From Callorhinchus milii (lineage: Eukaryota): 64,000 nucleotides of DNA. The translations under genes and the position numbers were made by a program. How positions within the stretch are numbered: position 1 is the first letter of the stretch; every line of letters starts with the position of its first letter. Below the pieces are notes generated by a model. The model saw only the letters and a list, made by a program, of their open reading frames with translations. It searched no databases and was not told the DNA's origin. Location: assembly GCF_018977255.1 (NCBI RefSeq), contig NW_024704743.1, forward strand, positions 31,684,001 to 31,748,000, given 5' to 3'. Positions 23,740 through 36,107 of the stretch are shown here, one piece after another.

Positions 23740-24125
23740 ATAATAAAAATAATAATCCTTGAATTTGGTGTAGTGCCTTTCACATCCGGAGGATGTCTCA
23801 AAGCTCTTCACAGAATTTTTACTGTGAGTGGAAAGACTGCATATTTTGTAGGTGAATGCGGTAGCCCAATTGCATACAGCAACGTCCACAGACAACCATG
23901 AAATGAATGACCAAGTTTATTTCGGGGAATTGTTGCTTTGCACAAATTGGCTGTCACATTTGCCTACAAAATACATTCAGTGCACTTTACAGTATATCCT
24001 GGGAAGTACTTTGAGATGTACTCCAGACACAAAAGGCGCTATATTAAATACATGGATCGTTACAAATTAGCATTTCTATAGTATCTTTTGCTAAGGAAGA
24101 ATGTCTCAAAACACTTTACAAAGAT
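23740..24125. mobile_element. Inverted cluster of SINE 3' fragments
   Basis: Minus copy 23740-23930, plus copy 23931-24050, further minus tail 24062-24125. Confidence 0.8.
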
Positions 24126-24789
24126 GTTACGGTGATGTTAGTCAAACTGCAGTTGGAGGAGGCTGCACAAGGTTCCTGTGGTATTGAAGTGAGCACAAAA
24201 AATGACAAAATGCTTAACACTGAAATGGTGCAGTACAACTACAACATATAATTAAACGTCATGATGTATAGCTAAGTAACTCACGGTTTGCAGACATTGG
24301 AGGGTTAACCTGCTCTAAATGTGGTAATTTTTTTCAGTTAAAAAAATGTCCCTTCACAACACTTGTTTAGTTTGGAGTTGAAAATGTAACATTTATGATC
24401 TGGAAGTGACTGGCTAAAGCTAACTTCCGGGTTGCAACTGGATCAGTCAGTTCCCGACCAGAGTTCCTAAAAAACCCCACAACAAATCCCGATCCACATC
24501 GCTGTCACGTGTCATTTTTCGGACAGACTTTTGTTTTCTAATCTTTTGTCGGACTTTCTGGACATTTTCCTATTTATAATATTCTATTTATATATTTTTT
24601 ATTTTCTCACAGTGATATGAGTTCTGTATATATTACTGTATAATTCTCTCTATACCACTAATTTAAAGCACACAGGACTCTTACAGCAGTCACAGAGAGG
24701 AGATATTTATCTGACAAGCCTGAGCTGGATTTCCCAGTATGGTATAATAATAATCATGTGTACAAGGTCAAAAGGTCCCAAAAAGATGA

Positions 24790-25128
24790 AGAAATTGCTG
24801 TCACGTGTAGTAACTTTTGTACGTAAACATAGCATCCAATTTATGCATAGCAGAATCCCACTAACAGCCATGAAGTGATCAACTAATTTATCTGGAGGAG
24901 ATGTTATCAGGAGAAATTCCCTTCATCTTTCAAATAATGTCCTAAAATTATTGATGTCCACCTAAACAAGCAGATAGGACTGTGGTTTAAAGTCTTGTCC
25001 AAAGGACATTATTTCTAGTACTTCCCCATTACAGCCAAATCTATTAGTTTGAATCTCAACGTAGGCATTCAGTATACAAGCTTCAGTTGCAGAGGTGTGA
25101 GTGCTACCAACTGAACCAAACTAACACT
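24790..25128 (-). mobile_element. Diverged Deu-type SINE (family A)
   Basis: GAGTGCTACCAACTGAACCA head and GTCCACCTAAACAAGCAGAT body on -. Confidence 0.7.
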
Positions 25129-25339
25129 TATTATGCAGATTAATTTTAATTAAAAAATTAAGAAACCTGTGCATTTAATTTTTTTTACCAATGTTGCATT
25201 TACAATATCGCATTCAAATAAAAAGAATGGATGAATGGCAAAATTTGTTTCAAGTAATATTTATAGAAAGATTTTTTACAGCAGTTATAAATGATTTATC
25301 CTATCACTTGCATCTAATGACTTCACTGAGCGCAGGTAT

Positions 25340-25665
25340 TGGTCAAGATTTGTATTGCATTATTAACACCTCTTTTCCCCTGTTTTGTTGCAATCCCCCC
25401 TTTGTTTTGCATCATTGACATCTCTTTAATCCATCATCCCCTGTCCTCTACCCCATTTTCTCCTTTGTCTTCCTTGCCCTGCCTCCCCCGTCTCTGTTAA
25501 CCCTTAAAAGTCTCTCCCTCCCAACATGCCAAAGTTCTGACGAAGGGTCGTGGACCCAAAACGTTGACTCACTTTCCTTTCTCCATAGCTGCTGCCTGAC
25601 CTGCTGAGTGTTCCCAGCGACTTCTGTTTTTGTTTCAGATTTCCAGCATCTGCAGTATTCTGCGC
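25340..25665 (+). mobile_element. Penelope-like element terminal repeat
   Basis: Pyrimidine-rich tract, hammerhead motif, then CTCCATAGCTGCTGCCTGACCTGCTGAGTGTTCCCAGC..TTTCAGATTTCCAGCATCTGCAGTA. Homologous to 51765-51990 (-) and about 44620-44670. Confidence 0.7.
25533..25569 (+). ncRNA. Minimal type I hammerhead ribozyme motif with one core mutation
   Basis: AGTT-CTGACGA-A-GGGTC-GTG-GACCC-AAAAC-GTT-GACT. CUGANGA box and stem II are present, GAAA reads AAAA at 25558, and stem I is AGTT/GACT. Confidence 0.6.
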
Positions 25666-25667
25666 CT

Positions 25668-25826
25668 TGATTTAACATCTCATTTGAAGGACAGCAAGGC
25701 TGACCAGGCAACGCTCTCCAAACACTGAATTAGAGTGTCAGCCAAGCTTTAGGTCATGAGCTCCAAATTCCTGATAGGACTTCTGGCCCAGACACGATAG
25801 GGCTACCAACTGAGCCAGGCTGACAA
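25668..25826 (-). mobile_element. Family A SINE 5' half
   Basis: TTTAACATCTCATTTGAAGGACAGCA..GCTACCAACTGAGCCAGGCTGACA. Confidence 0.75.
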
Positions 25827-25934
25827 CTAGTAAATTAGCTGGGAATTGTACTGATCTGTGGTAACAGCATAGCTCCAGCTTTCATAAGCAAATCAATATT
25901 TTCAGTTGGAGTGGTCAATCTATCTAGAGATGTG

Positions 25935-26335
25935 GTTCTCTCCCTCAATCCCTCTGCCTTGCCCCCTTTCTCCCCACCTTCAAATCCCGCCTAAAGACCT
26001 TTCTTTTTGATCGTACTTACAGTTACCTCCCAGCTCCCTCCCCCCCCTGGCTCATTGGCAGACTCCGCCACTGTGAATCGCTCCGGGACGCTACCCTGTG
26101 TGAAATGTGCTATACAGATGCAAGTCTACATACAATATATAACCATATAGTATATATATTATGCATATTATATGCATTATATATATTATTTATATTATAT
26201 ATTCTATATATTATATATATTACATATGTAATATATAAATCTATGTGACAAGTCTATAAACACTATCCAGCGCCTTGGTATGTCCTCCCGACGCATAAGG
26301 CGCTATACAAATGTAAGCTTGTTGTCGTCTTGTTG
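25935..26335 (+). mobile_element. Two L2 3' fragments separated by an AT-rich low-complexity tract (about 26125-26245)
   Basis: PQSLCLAPFLPTFKSRLKTFLFDRTY at about 25943-26020. Second tail CAGCGCCTTGG..AAGGCGCTATA at 26268-26308. Confidence 0.75.
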
Positions 26336-26789
26336 TGGTGGTGGTTAGTTGGTATGTTTCTCACTGTGGAGCCTTTAAAATGTTACTCATCTTGCAATCC
26401 CACTGGATACAATGTTGATTTGACAACAACATTGTTATTTTCCAAACAATTACACTATTTGTCCCGATACCCAGTGATATCTGTGGAAACTATGTAAATT
26501 TCTTAACACCAGCTATCAAATACGAGTTATTTTATTTGTGCTGAGTATTCCTTCACAAATGGGTTTCAGATACTAAATTTGGTGAGAAATATTGAGCAGA
26601 GTTCAGCTAAATCTCTAAGGCAACTGTTAAACCTTGGACCGAATATATGACAGACAAAGCTCTCATCTGGCTTTTTGTCATTGTTATTCTAGCAACATTA
26701 GAGTGAAGTTTGATTGCTCTGCTTGCTGAGCCTATCTCCTCTGTACACAAGCTACAGACCACTGCAGCCCATGTCCTCTCCCACTCGAA

Positions 26790-27090
26790 CAGACATATAG
26801 ACCTTGGTTTAACATCTCATCCAAAGGATGGCATCTCCAACAATTTAGCATGCATCCAGGACTTCCCCACTGTTCTAGGTAGGGCATTCCACATCCTAAT
26901 AACTCAGCATGTATAAAAATAAATCTCCTATTCTATCCCTTTGCGCCTTTGGTAATTATCTGCTCAGGATTTCCACCGCTGATTGTCAGAAGGTCAGCCT
27001 GGACTATGAATTCAAAGTCCTGACATAGGACTTGAATCCATAACCTTCTGACTCGAAGGCAAGAGTCTACCAATTGAGCCAGACTGACAC
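26790..27090 (-). mobile_element. Family A SINE 5' half with an inserted CR1 fragment (about 26865-26960)
   Basis: GGTTTAACATCTCATCCAAAGGATGGCA and CTACCAATTGAGCCAGACTGACAC flank TAGGGCATTCCACATCCTAATAACTC. Confidence 0.7.
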
Positions 27091-27539
27091 TATTGAATTT
27101 GCCACACAATAGGATTCTATTATACTCTGATCTGCATTATAAAAAACGCCAATCAGTATTATAAAAAATACTTTTGAATACAGTGTATCCGGTGGGATTG
27201 CATATTTATCTGTGCAAAAGGGATAACATTATATAAATCTCTGCTTGGTTTAGATATTCTTGAGCATGGTGATAGATTTCTGGATGTAAAAGATCAGTAG
27301 TTTTAGTGATTAACGTATAATAGACCACATAGTTCTTAACAGCTCAGTGAAAATGTCACTCAAGTAGCCATTCTTCCTGCATTCACCTAGCCACTGTGCA
27401 TCATAAAATTAAAGAGGTATGGAGCGTACCATGTCCAAGATCAATCCTTTGCTCATCTGGCATGCACTTTTCAGTCGAGGTTCTCTGAATAGCAATCAGC
27501 AGTATCGGCATAGATTTAAGATAATTACCAAATGAGCAA

Positions 27540-28195
27540 ACAACAACAACAAGATTACATTTATATAGCGCCTTTTACGTCGGGAGGACGTTCCGAGGTG
27601 CTGGGAAGGAAGAGGATAGAAGATAATTTCTATACACACAAGAGTTATTAGGATATGGAATGCCCTAACCTGAAAAGTGATTGAGGCGGACTTCATATTA
27701 GCATTTAAGAATGGAGTTAGATGAATATTTGTAAAAGAGGAATATAAAAGGGTATGGGGAAACAACAACAAGAAGATTGCATTTATAGGGCGCCTTTCAC
27801 GTCGGGAGGACTTCCCAAGGCACTGGACAGTTGGGTCGGGACTTGAGCAAGGTCCCTTTCCTCCTTCCTTTCCTCCTTCAAGGCCGGTCTCAAGACCTTT
27901 CTCTTTGACCGTGCCTTCAGCCATTTCCCATTTCCCCCCTGCTCGGTCCTGACCCAACTGTACAGCGCCTTGGGACGTCCTCCCGATATGAAAGGCGCTC
28001 TATAAATGGAATCTTGTTGTTGTTGTTGAAATGGTCAGGGTGAGGGGAGGGAAGGAGGGAGCGAGGAGGGGGCAGAGAGTCGAGAGGGGGGGTGAAGGCA
28101 CGGTTGAAGAGAAAGGCAGGGGAATGTGAACCAATTATTACAAGCACAAGTATGAATGGGCTGAATGGCCTACTTTTGTTCTGTCATGGTTCTAT
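27540..28195. mobile_element. Nested cluster: CR1 (+) containing L2 (-) containing L2 (+), preceded by an L2 tail (-)
   Basis: CR1 at 27606-27760 and 28116-28195. Minus L2 at 27761-27852 and 28029-28115. Plus L2 at 27853-28028. Confidence 0.8.
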
Positions 28196-28297
28196 GTTTT
28201 TCCACGTCTCTCTAGCCCAGCGATCCTGTAGCATGTCCTCCTGACGTGAAAAGCGCTATATCAAATGCAAAGATTATTATTATTATTATTATTATTA

Positions 28298-28610
28298 TTG
28301 GTTATATCACTCACTTCACAAGCGGGAGAACCCAGGTTCAATTCCCGGGCAGGGTGAAACCTTAGGCAAGTTTCCTTACTCCACAGTAAGTAGGTACCTG
28401 GTTGTTATTGATTGGTGGATTCCTTTCAGGGTAATAATCCCTCAAAAAAATAATTGGTCACTCAATCCACGACTGTTTGAGGGACACCACTGTGTGCAAT
28501 TGGCTGTCACATTAATATACAGTCAATTCACTTTACAGTATATTCTGTGACGTGTTTTGAGATTCTCAATGACGTGATAAGGCATTATATCAGATGCAAG
28601 GATTATTATT
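28298..28610 (+). mobile_element. SINE family B, near full length, directly after another SINE tail
   Basis: CCCAGGTTCAATTCCCGGGCAGGG B-box, central module, tail GCAAGGATTATTATT. Confidence 0.88.
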
Positions 28611-29049
28611 TGTAGTAATTGCAACACTGCCTCTACTGAGACTCAGCACAGAGTGGAATTTACACCTGTGATTTTCTTGTCCGCATGGCTTATACACTCC
28701 CACTCTTACACTACAAGTTGGTCTGTGGAGGCAAGCTCTAACATAATACATGTTGAGCCTATTTACAAGAAGGTGTCAGTGATTGACTAATTTGCTGGTA
28801 ACCACTCTGTTAGCTAGTTTTCCTGTTGACCACATAAATCACAAAGATTGAGAATGTGACAGTACAAGCACAATTATTCCATTAATTAGAAGCGAGTCTC
28901 TCAACAATTGGGAAACACATGTAAATGGGAGAGTTGGTGAATATTTTACATTAGTCAGTCAGCCTGTTACACACTAGGTGCCAATTTAGGCTGTATGTGC
29001 CAAGTCATATTACTTGTGGCTCTTTCATTAACAGAGGCATCATATTAAG

Positions 29050-29167
29050 CACCTTTCACCTCTACCCTTTACCCTGCTCGGTCCTGACCCAACTGTCCAG
29101 CGCCTTGGGACGTCCTCCCGACGTGAAAGGCGCTCTATAAATGCAATCTTGTTGTTGTTGTTGTTGT
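29050..29167 (+). mobile_element. Young L2 3' tail
   Basis: CAGCGCCTTGGGACGTCCTCCCGACGTGAAAGGCGCTCTATAAATGCAATC(TTG)n. Confidence 0.9.
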
Positions 29168-31635
29168 TTTGCTTCTTGCTTTTTTTGACTGGCTCCCAAA
29201 GAGAATTGTGGGGAGTCTGCTGTTTAAAACAGCCCTGAAACTGAATGGCTGAATGAGTTAAGGAAAAGTACTCCCTTGAAGCAATTTGCAGGGAAAAATA
29301 ATGTCAGTGACTGAGCACGAGAATTTGCTGCAGGCACTATAGTGGGGAGTGGACGAGCGAATGCAAAGGCTCCGAAATAGCTGGTTCCTCATCATTATGT
29401 TGTGCCGAGACACATGGGATTTTCATTGAAATATCAAACTGAATAACAGGTGGATTACACTGAACAAAAGCAGGATAATAGAGGCAACGTGTGGTAGTTT
29501 TGGTAGTGAGCTCATTCAAGAACATTAAAGCATTAGCCTAATGCCATTACTGTAAATGGGAAAAATTGCCCCCGGGGACCATTTATCTGCATTGCCTACT
29601 TCTGGCATCCTATCTCTTTAACAGTATTGATGGCGATTGTAATGCTCCAAGCATCATTTTTGAATTTACATTCAAAATGTGTCAGACTTGACCGAATTAT
29701 AGTGTTCAGAAATATAGCAGCCGTTTGGCAGCACTGAAGGGCTGCCATTTCGAAACACCCTTTGGAAATTTCAAGCAGTGGCTTTCGTGTCACACACCAC
29801 CCGATGAGGATCTACATGATGGAGGGGAGCCACTTTGCAGAGGTGACAGGGTGACATGGCGTTGGCATGTTGCCAGGCTGCACACACTAAAAATGGTTCT
29901 GCTCTGACAACTCCCCTCTGGCAGATGGCAGAAAGTATGCCAGTAGATAAAAGCAGAATGGCCTGGGGCATGTCAGGGCATCATTTCATGAGCCATTAAT
30001 TCCAGCTGTGGATCAATAATAGTGACTTGATCTTAAAAGCCATGCTGTGGGATAGCGGTGTTTATTTGCAACAAGTTTCTCAGAGGGGTTGACTTTACTG
30101 AGCAAACAACGGCTGACAATATGAAGAGAATACACAGGGACATTCAATACCTGAATCCTGCAAGTTGACACTGAACAGAACTCGAAACCCTGTAAGTATC
30201 TCAAAGTGATTCTAATAAGAAACAATCCAGACTCCAGAAGGTCTCTGGGGTTTTGACAGTTAGTTCATTAAAGAGAATAGATTAAAATCCCGCTTTTAAT
30301 CGACTGCACAGTGTGTCTTTCTTTTGTTGAAGCTGCTTGAACTGGACAGTTTTCTGTTGTTTCTATCCCCTCTCCTCCCACTCACGCACCCTCTCTCTCT
30401 TTCTCTTTCTCTATCTCTCTGCTGTTTAAAATGCATGCATTCTCATTATCCTTTCCCTTTTCCTCTCTCTTTCTGCTGTTTTGAAACATCCAGAAGTTTT
30501 CACTATCCTCCCTCTCTCTTTTCCCTGTTTGAAGTCTACAAGAGTGCTAAATCTCAGTAAAACTTCAGGAATTTGAAATCAAAGGTCCCCTGAAAGAATC
30601 CTTCATGAATGAAGATGATTATTCATTTGCATTATTTTCACAATTTTGTGAGTTGAAAGAGGAGAAATGTCTATTTAAGTTGCTGGTGTGTAAAACATGA
30701 CTCTCAATTATTCAGGTTCTTAAATCTGTTGCTTTCACAGACCATCCAAAAGCTAACCTATTGTGGGCTTCACTCTCTTACACGCCACCCCCCCAAAAGT
30801 CGTGAGTTTATCACAGACACTCCTTGGTCATCAAAGGTAATCAAACCTGCCACATTCGCCTACAAAAATACAATCACTACACTTTACAGTGAATTCTATG
30901 GTGTGGCTTTGAGACATTTTCTCAACGTGAAAAGCTCTAAATCTAGTGCAAAGGATATTTATAATTTATCCTTATATCCTTCAATACCTTTCTGAAGCGG
31001 ACACTTACCTAGTTTGTTTTTGGAAGAGAAAATCTGTACAGCTTTATCTGGTTTTGCTGGGAATCTGTTCCATATCTACACTACTCTTGAGTACCCTAAA
31101 TCTACATGTGTCTGTGGCTAAAACATTCCTCCTACCATGATTCTTTCTGAATTCTCAGAAATGCGCATTTTTTCCACCACGGCTGATGTTTAAATCCATA
31201 ATCCGTCCCAAATAACCAACTGGCAAGTGTACAGCACTTGCCCAACCAGAGATATTTTATCCGTTAGGGCTTTGACTTGATGAGTTGAATACATGTAAAT
31301 ACATAGTCTGCCTTGGATTACTGTGGTTCTGCCTGGCTTTGACAGGCATGTCTCCCCAGAGCCAGTTCAGCCATTCATCTCACTTATCAGCACTCCCGAG
31401 ATGTTATCCTTCGTGAAGGGTGCTATATGAATGCAATTTGTTGTTTGTTGTCTCCTATATCAGCTTTGCTTGCAATAAATATAATGTCATGTCCCCACTC
31501 CCACTCCTTTAATAATGTGCAGTACATACTGCTATAGAGAACACAGAGGCAAACTTCCATTTAGCACAATTTTTAGATTCCAGCTTCTTACAGAGCAATT
31601 GTGTGAATTGACTTGAAATTAACATCCTAAAACTC

Positions 31636-31830
31636 TAATAATAATCCTTGCATTTGATAACATGCTTAAGATGTCAAAGTGTCTTGAAGTACTTCACAAG
31701 TAATTGCTGTAAAGAGTATTGACTTTATTTAACAGCAAACACAGCATCCAATTTGCATATAGCAAACTCCCAGAAATAGTCATGAGTGAATGACCAATTA
31801 TTTAATCGGGGGATTGTTGGACTGGAGAAC
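31636..31830 (-). mobile_element. SINE 3' fragment
   Basis: TAATAATAATCCTTGCATTTGATA tail plus diverged Deu-like body. Confidence 0.7.
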
Positions 31831-32793
31831 CAAGGAGATTCCCTTCTCTTTGTGAAGTGCCAGCAGTTGGTTTGGAAGCCACACTGACTGGGGACAACAC
31901 TGCTTCAGCAATCTGAGTGATGCTGTAAAGAACATATTTTGTTTGGATACAAGCTCCCTGCTTCATTAACCTGTCTTTCTCTTTGAAATACATTTAATGG
32001 CACTATTTCCCCAACATTTCTGTTTTTACTTAGGCCATAATTTTTATCACTGTTGTTTGCTTCCATATTACAGAAATGAGCCAAAGTTGAATGAATACAA
32101 TTTCTTACATCAATGTTGCACAGAGAAGAAAGCTTCATTTATTCAGAGAGAGAGATGAGTCTGCTGAGAAGCGAATGTTCCTGCTAGGTTGTTTCAGTCA
32201 AAGTCCAGGATTTTAATAGGGAGAATAAGCCCAGTTCTATACCTGTCAAAAGCCGTGTTAAGTGTATCTGGCCCAACACCTATTATAGCCAAGATTGCAT
32301 GTGGCCTGATGCTTCACAGTGCTGAACTGTGCCGCAACCTCTCCTTCTTGTCATTAAAGGTTGACAGAGAGCCAGCTTCTTACAAATGGAAGAGAGATTT
32401 ACCTATACACCCCACCAAGAGTGAAACCCTCTATAATAACTATGGGGTGAAGGTTATGAAGGCTATAGCTTTAATTTTCAGTGCGGTTTTGTGTGGTGTC
32501 TGACGCAGCTGCTAAAGGCATGACCTTCTGAATCTGTAGAAGTAGCAGGAGAAACAAACGGAAGTTGAATGAGATACTGTGATAGCAAATAGCGTGAGGA
32601 AATGTAGGGTCTAATGTATTAATCACTGGTGATGACTATCGCATCACACACTGCAAATTCACCCCCATCATTTCCCAAGCATTGTTATTAAGTGCCTCAC
32701 CATTGAAAGAAAAAAGAGGGTGAAATTCAAGCACTTTATAACTGGCAAAGTATTAGTTATTTTTAACCACCAAACTATGAGCGCAATATTCAT

Positions 32794-33190
32794 GAGTCCT
32801 GTAGCTCAGTGGTTAGAGCAGTTGCTTTGCAAGTGAGACACCTGGGTTCAATTCCAGGCAGGGCGAAACCTTGAGCAAGTTTCCTTACTCCACACAGAGC
32901 CTAATAATAATCCCTCCAAAACCAAAAAAAAAAAAAAATTGGTCATTTTCAATCCACGACTGTTGTGGGACACTACTGTGTACAATTGGCTGCCGCGTTC
33001 GACCACAAATATACAGTCAATTCACTTTATAGTGTGTTTTGTGAAGCGCTTTGGGACGTCCTTCCGACGTGAAAAGCGCTATATCAAATGCAAGATTATT
33101 ATTATTACTATTATTCTGTGAAGCTCTTTGAGACGTCGAGAAGACTAGAAAAGCACTATATCAAATGCAAGGATTATTATTATTATTATT
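32794..33190 (+). mobile_element. SINE family B short variant with a tandem second tail (33113-33190)
   Basis: Head GAGTCCTGTAGCTCAGTGGTTAGAGCA..TTGCAA..GGTTCAATTCC; central module absent; two GCTATATCAAATGCAAG(ATT)n-type ends. Confidence 0.9.
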
Positions 33191-33732
33191 GGTTCCAACA
33201 CACTGGGCTGACTTGAGCAGCTTCTCCCATCTACCTATTTGGACAAATACTTTATTATATACAAAGTGGTGAGGGTGCAATTGGCTTGCTGTGCTTGGCA
33301 GGGCTTATGCTGTGCTACAACTGAACCATATAATAAAAATCCTCATTGTAAATAAAGGCGCTTTTCAAACCAAAGATTGTAGGCAGAATGTCTCATCGCC
33401 TTAAGTGTGTTTTTCCTTAAATAATTTGAACAGGAAAGGCTGTGAGGAGCAGTCGTGTTACAACCAGCAAGTCCCCTCGTTGCTGTGCTGTGCTGTTCCT
33501 TCCAGTGGCTCTAGGGATGAAGAAACCTACAATAACACAATTTCATAAGCTGTTTTCATTTAATCAATGATTTAAAGCATCCATCAAATGAATGTTACAA
33601 GTACGTTCAGTGGCCTCTTCCGCAGTTGGACTTGAGCGCTGTGTATGTTACAGATGTTTTATTATTAATTTTAATTAAGCAGAAATGGCAATTGGTCTAT
33701 TATGAAAGTCTTGCTTGAAGCAGAATGCTATA

Positions 33733-34382
33733 ATAATAACAATAATAATCCTTGCATTTTAATCCTTTTCATGCCGTTGAGACGTCTCAAAGCACTTCAC
33801 AGAATATACTGTAAAGTGAATTGACTGTATAATTTTGAGGGCGAAACACAACAGCCAGTTGTGCGCAGTAATCTCCCACAAGCAGTCGTGGATTGAGTGA
33901 GCAAGTTATTACTTTTAAAAATGTATTGATAGAATAGTAGAGTGGGTCTATGGAAACATGCCGGATCAAGATTCACGTGAACACTGAGAGCTGGTATGAG
34001 ATTACACTAGTTATCATGTGCTGTACTGATCATGTATGTCATTGTGAAACGAAGAATATACACCCTGGTGGTTCAGACAAGAAATATTTCGCTACAGTGG
34101 TACAACCCCGAAAGATACAATCTCCAACGAGTGACAAAAAAAGGTTCAAATAAAACCTGCCCTTTCCATTCCATCATATTTCCTTCCCACCCTTAGTTGA
34201 TGACCCCATATGGTCATTCGTTTTATGGCTATTTGTGGGACATTGCTGTGTGCAAATTGGCTGCCACGTTTCGCCCACAAAATACACAGTCACTACACTT
34301 GTAAATATATCCCGTGAAGTGCTTTGAGACATCCTCCCAGCGTGAAAAGCATTATACCAAATGCAAGGATTATTATTATTAT
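33733..34382. mobile_element. Two SINE 3' fragments in inverted orientation (33733-33905 minus, 34210-34382 plus)
   Basis: Both carry the GTGGGA.A.TGCTG.G.GCAA.TGGCTG-type body and the (ATT)n tail. Confidence 0.8.
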
Positions 34383-36107
34383 GGACTTTCTGAATAATAA
34401 ATAGTGGAATCTTGACTGCGGATTGAAAGTGTTATTGCTTAATCGTCTTGAAAAAGGCCTTGAGGCTCAGCAGCACATTTACAGGTTTTGGCAAACACAA
34501 GACTTAGGTCTGAATTTAAAGGGAAGGTGAATCAGGTTTGTAGTGATTCGAACTGGAAGTATTTAATAAAGAATCAATCACTGTATTAGGGATGCCTTTC
34601 ATTTACTGTGAAAATGTCTCACCAACCACAAGCTGCATTGACTGAGTTGGGCTTGCTTCCAGTGAAGAGTTTCTAAGGGTTCATGGAAGGTTTACAGAAT
34701 TTCTTAATAAGGAATCCCATTAATGGCAACTTCCAATACAGAAAACCTCACATTAATTGTATAGGTTGGGACCATATGTTTAATAGGACTTACGCAAAAT
34801 ATGAGTTATGTGAAACTTTCATAAGTTATAGGAAATTCAATGGGACTTGGGCAGATGTATGACTTAGGAGATAATACGATTTATGCAGATCAGACTTATA
34901 TGAGTTTTATCGTATCACGCACCCACTTACATATCTCACTAGACTGGGTCCCAGTAATTAATATAGCTTGTGGATTTCACCTTCTTTTCAAATGTACCAT
35001 TTTTGTTTGATTTGTTAAAGTTCACCTTACCCCCAGTCAATCTCACTCCTGCTTCTCCATGTCATTTATCACATTCATCCCAACGAATAGACCTTAGTGA
35101 CATTAATTATCTGACAATAACGTCTGAAGTCAAGTCATTGACTTTCAGTTTCAACATTTTAGTTGGTTGCTATTCATTGAAAGACATTTTTAAAGGAAAT
35201 CCGATATGTTTTACATCATTTTATTGTTCTTAATCAGTAAAATTATTTACATGAGTTAAAGTTCACATTGATGAGAATTTACCTCAAAGTATAAATGTCA
35301 AAATGCTTTTTAAAGTGGGGCAGAGGATTTTCTGTTAGGTAATTTTGTGATGGACTTTTACGACTATTTTAACATTTTGTAAAAAGGGCTCTACTGTAGG
35401 TATAAGATTCAGGTTTGTTTGCCTTTGAAAAAACATTTTGACAAGTCACAGTGATAAAACCATTGGTCATAAAGAGCATGCACATTGATGCACAGAATTC
35501 CCCCTCTGCCTGCTGTTTGCCTGTTGCCACTCTTCCACTTAGATTCTTCTTTCATGGACTTTTCTTGCCCTTCACAGAACATTTTGCCTTTGATGCTAAC
35601 ATCATCTTCATCTGTATACCAGCTGCTCTGTCATCACACTCCCCTTCATCACTTCAGTTATCGGTCACTCTGTGTCACAACAATAACAATTTGCACCCTC
35701 CACAATTCAGTGAATACTTATCCATGGTGCGTGTAGGGCAATGGATCCTCAGATGTCTATTGCATAGTCATTTTCTGCACTGTCATTCTTGATGAATTAT
35801 ATTTTAAGGTTGCATTACTGGAGAAAAGTACCACTTCCGTTCTGCTGTATTGCAAATCATTCATATTACACATACAGCCTCGGAAGCATTGCTTGGCTCA
35901 GATAATCTTTTTATGTGACTTGGATCATTTCATGTATTTTGGATATTTTCTGTCTTAAGATGCTATGGGATCATAGAAAATTCATAGCACAGAGGAGGCC
36001 ATTCGACCCACTAAATGTGTGCCTACTCCTTCACTGGAACTATCTACTCGAATCCTGTTCCTTGCTCTTATCATACACTCAATGTTGTTTTCCTAAATTA
36101 TTTTCTG

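Noticed and set aside
26880..27666. 26-bp inverted match TAGGGCATTCCACATCCTAATAACTC
   Set aside because: Both arms are the same CR1 ORF2-end segment in opposite orientations.
32794..32870. tRNA gene with TGC anticodon-like loop (similar heads at 12560-12628 and 51670-51739)
   Set aside because: These run directly into SINE bodies and have imperfect stems; they are SINE heads.
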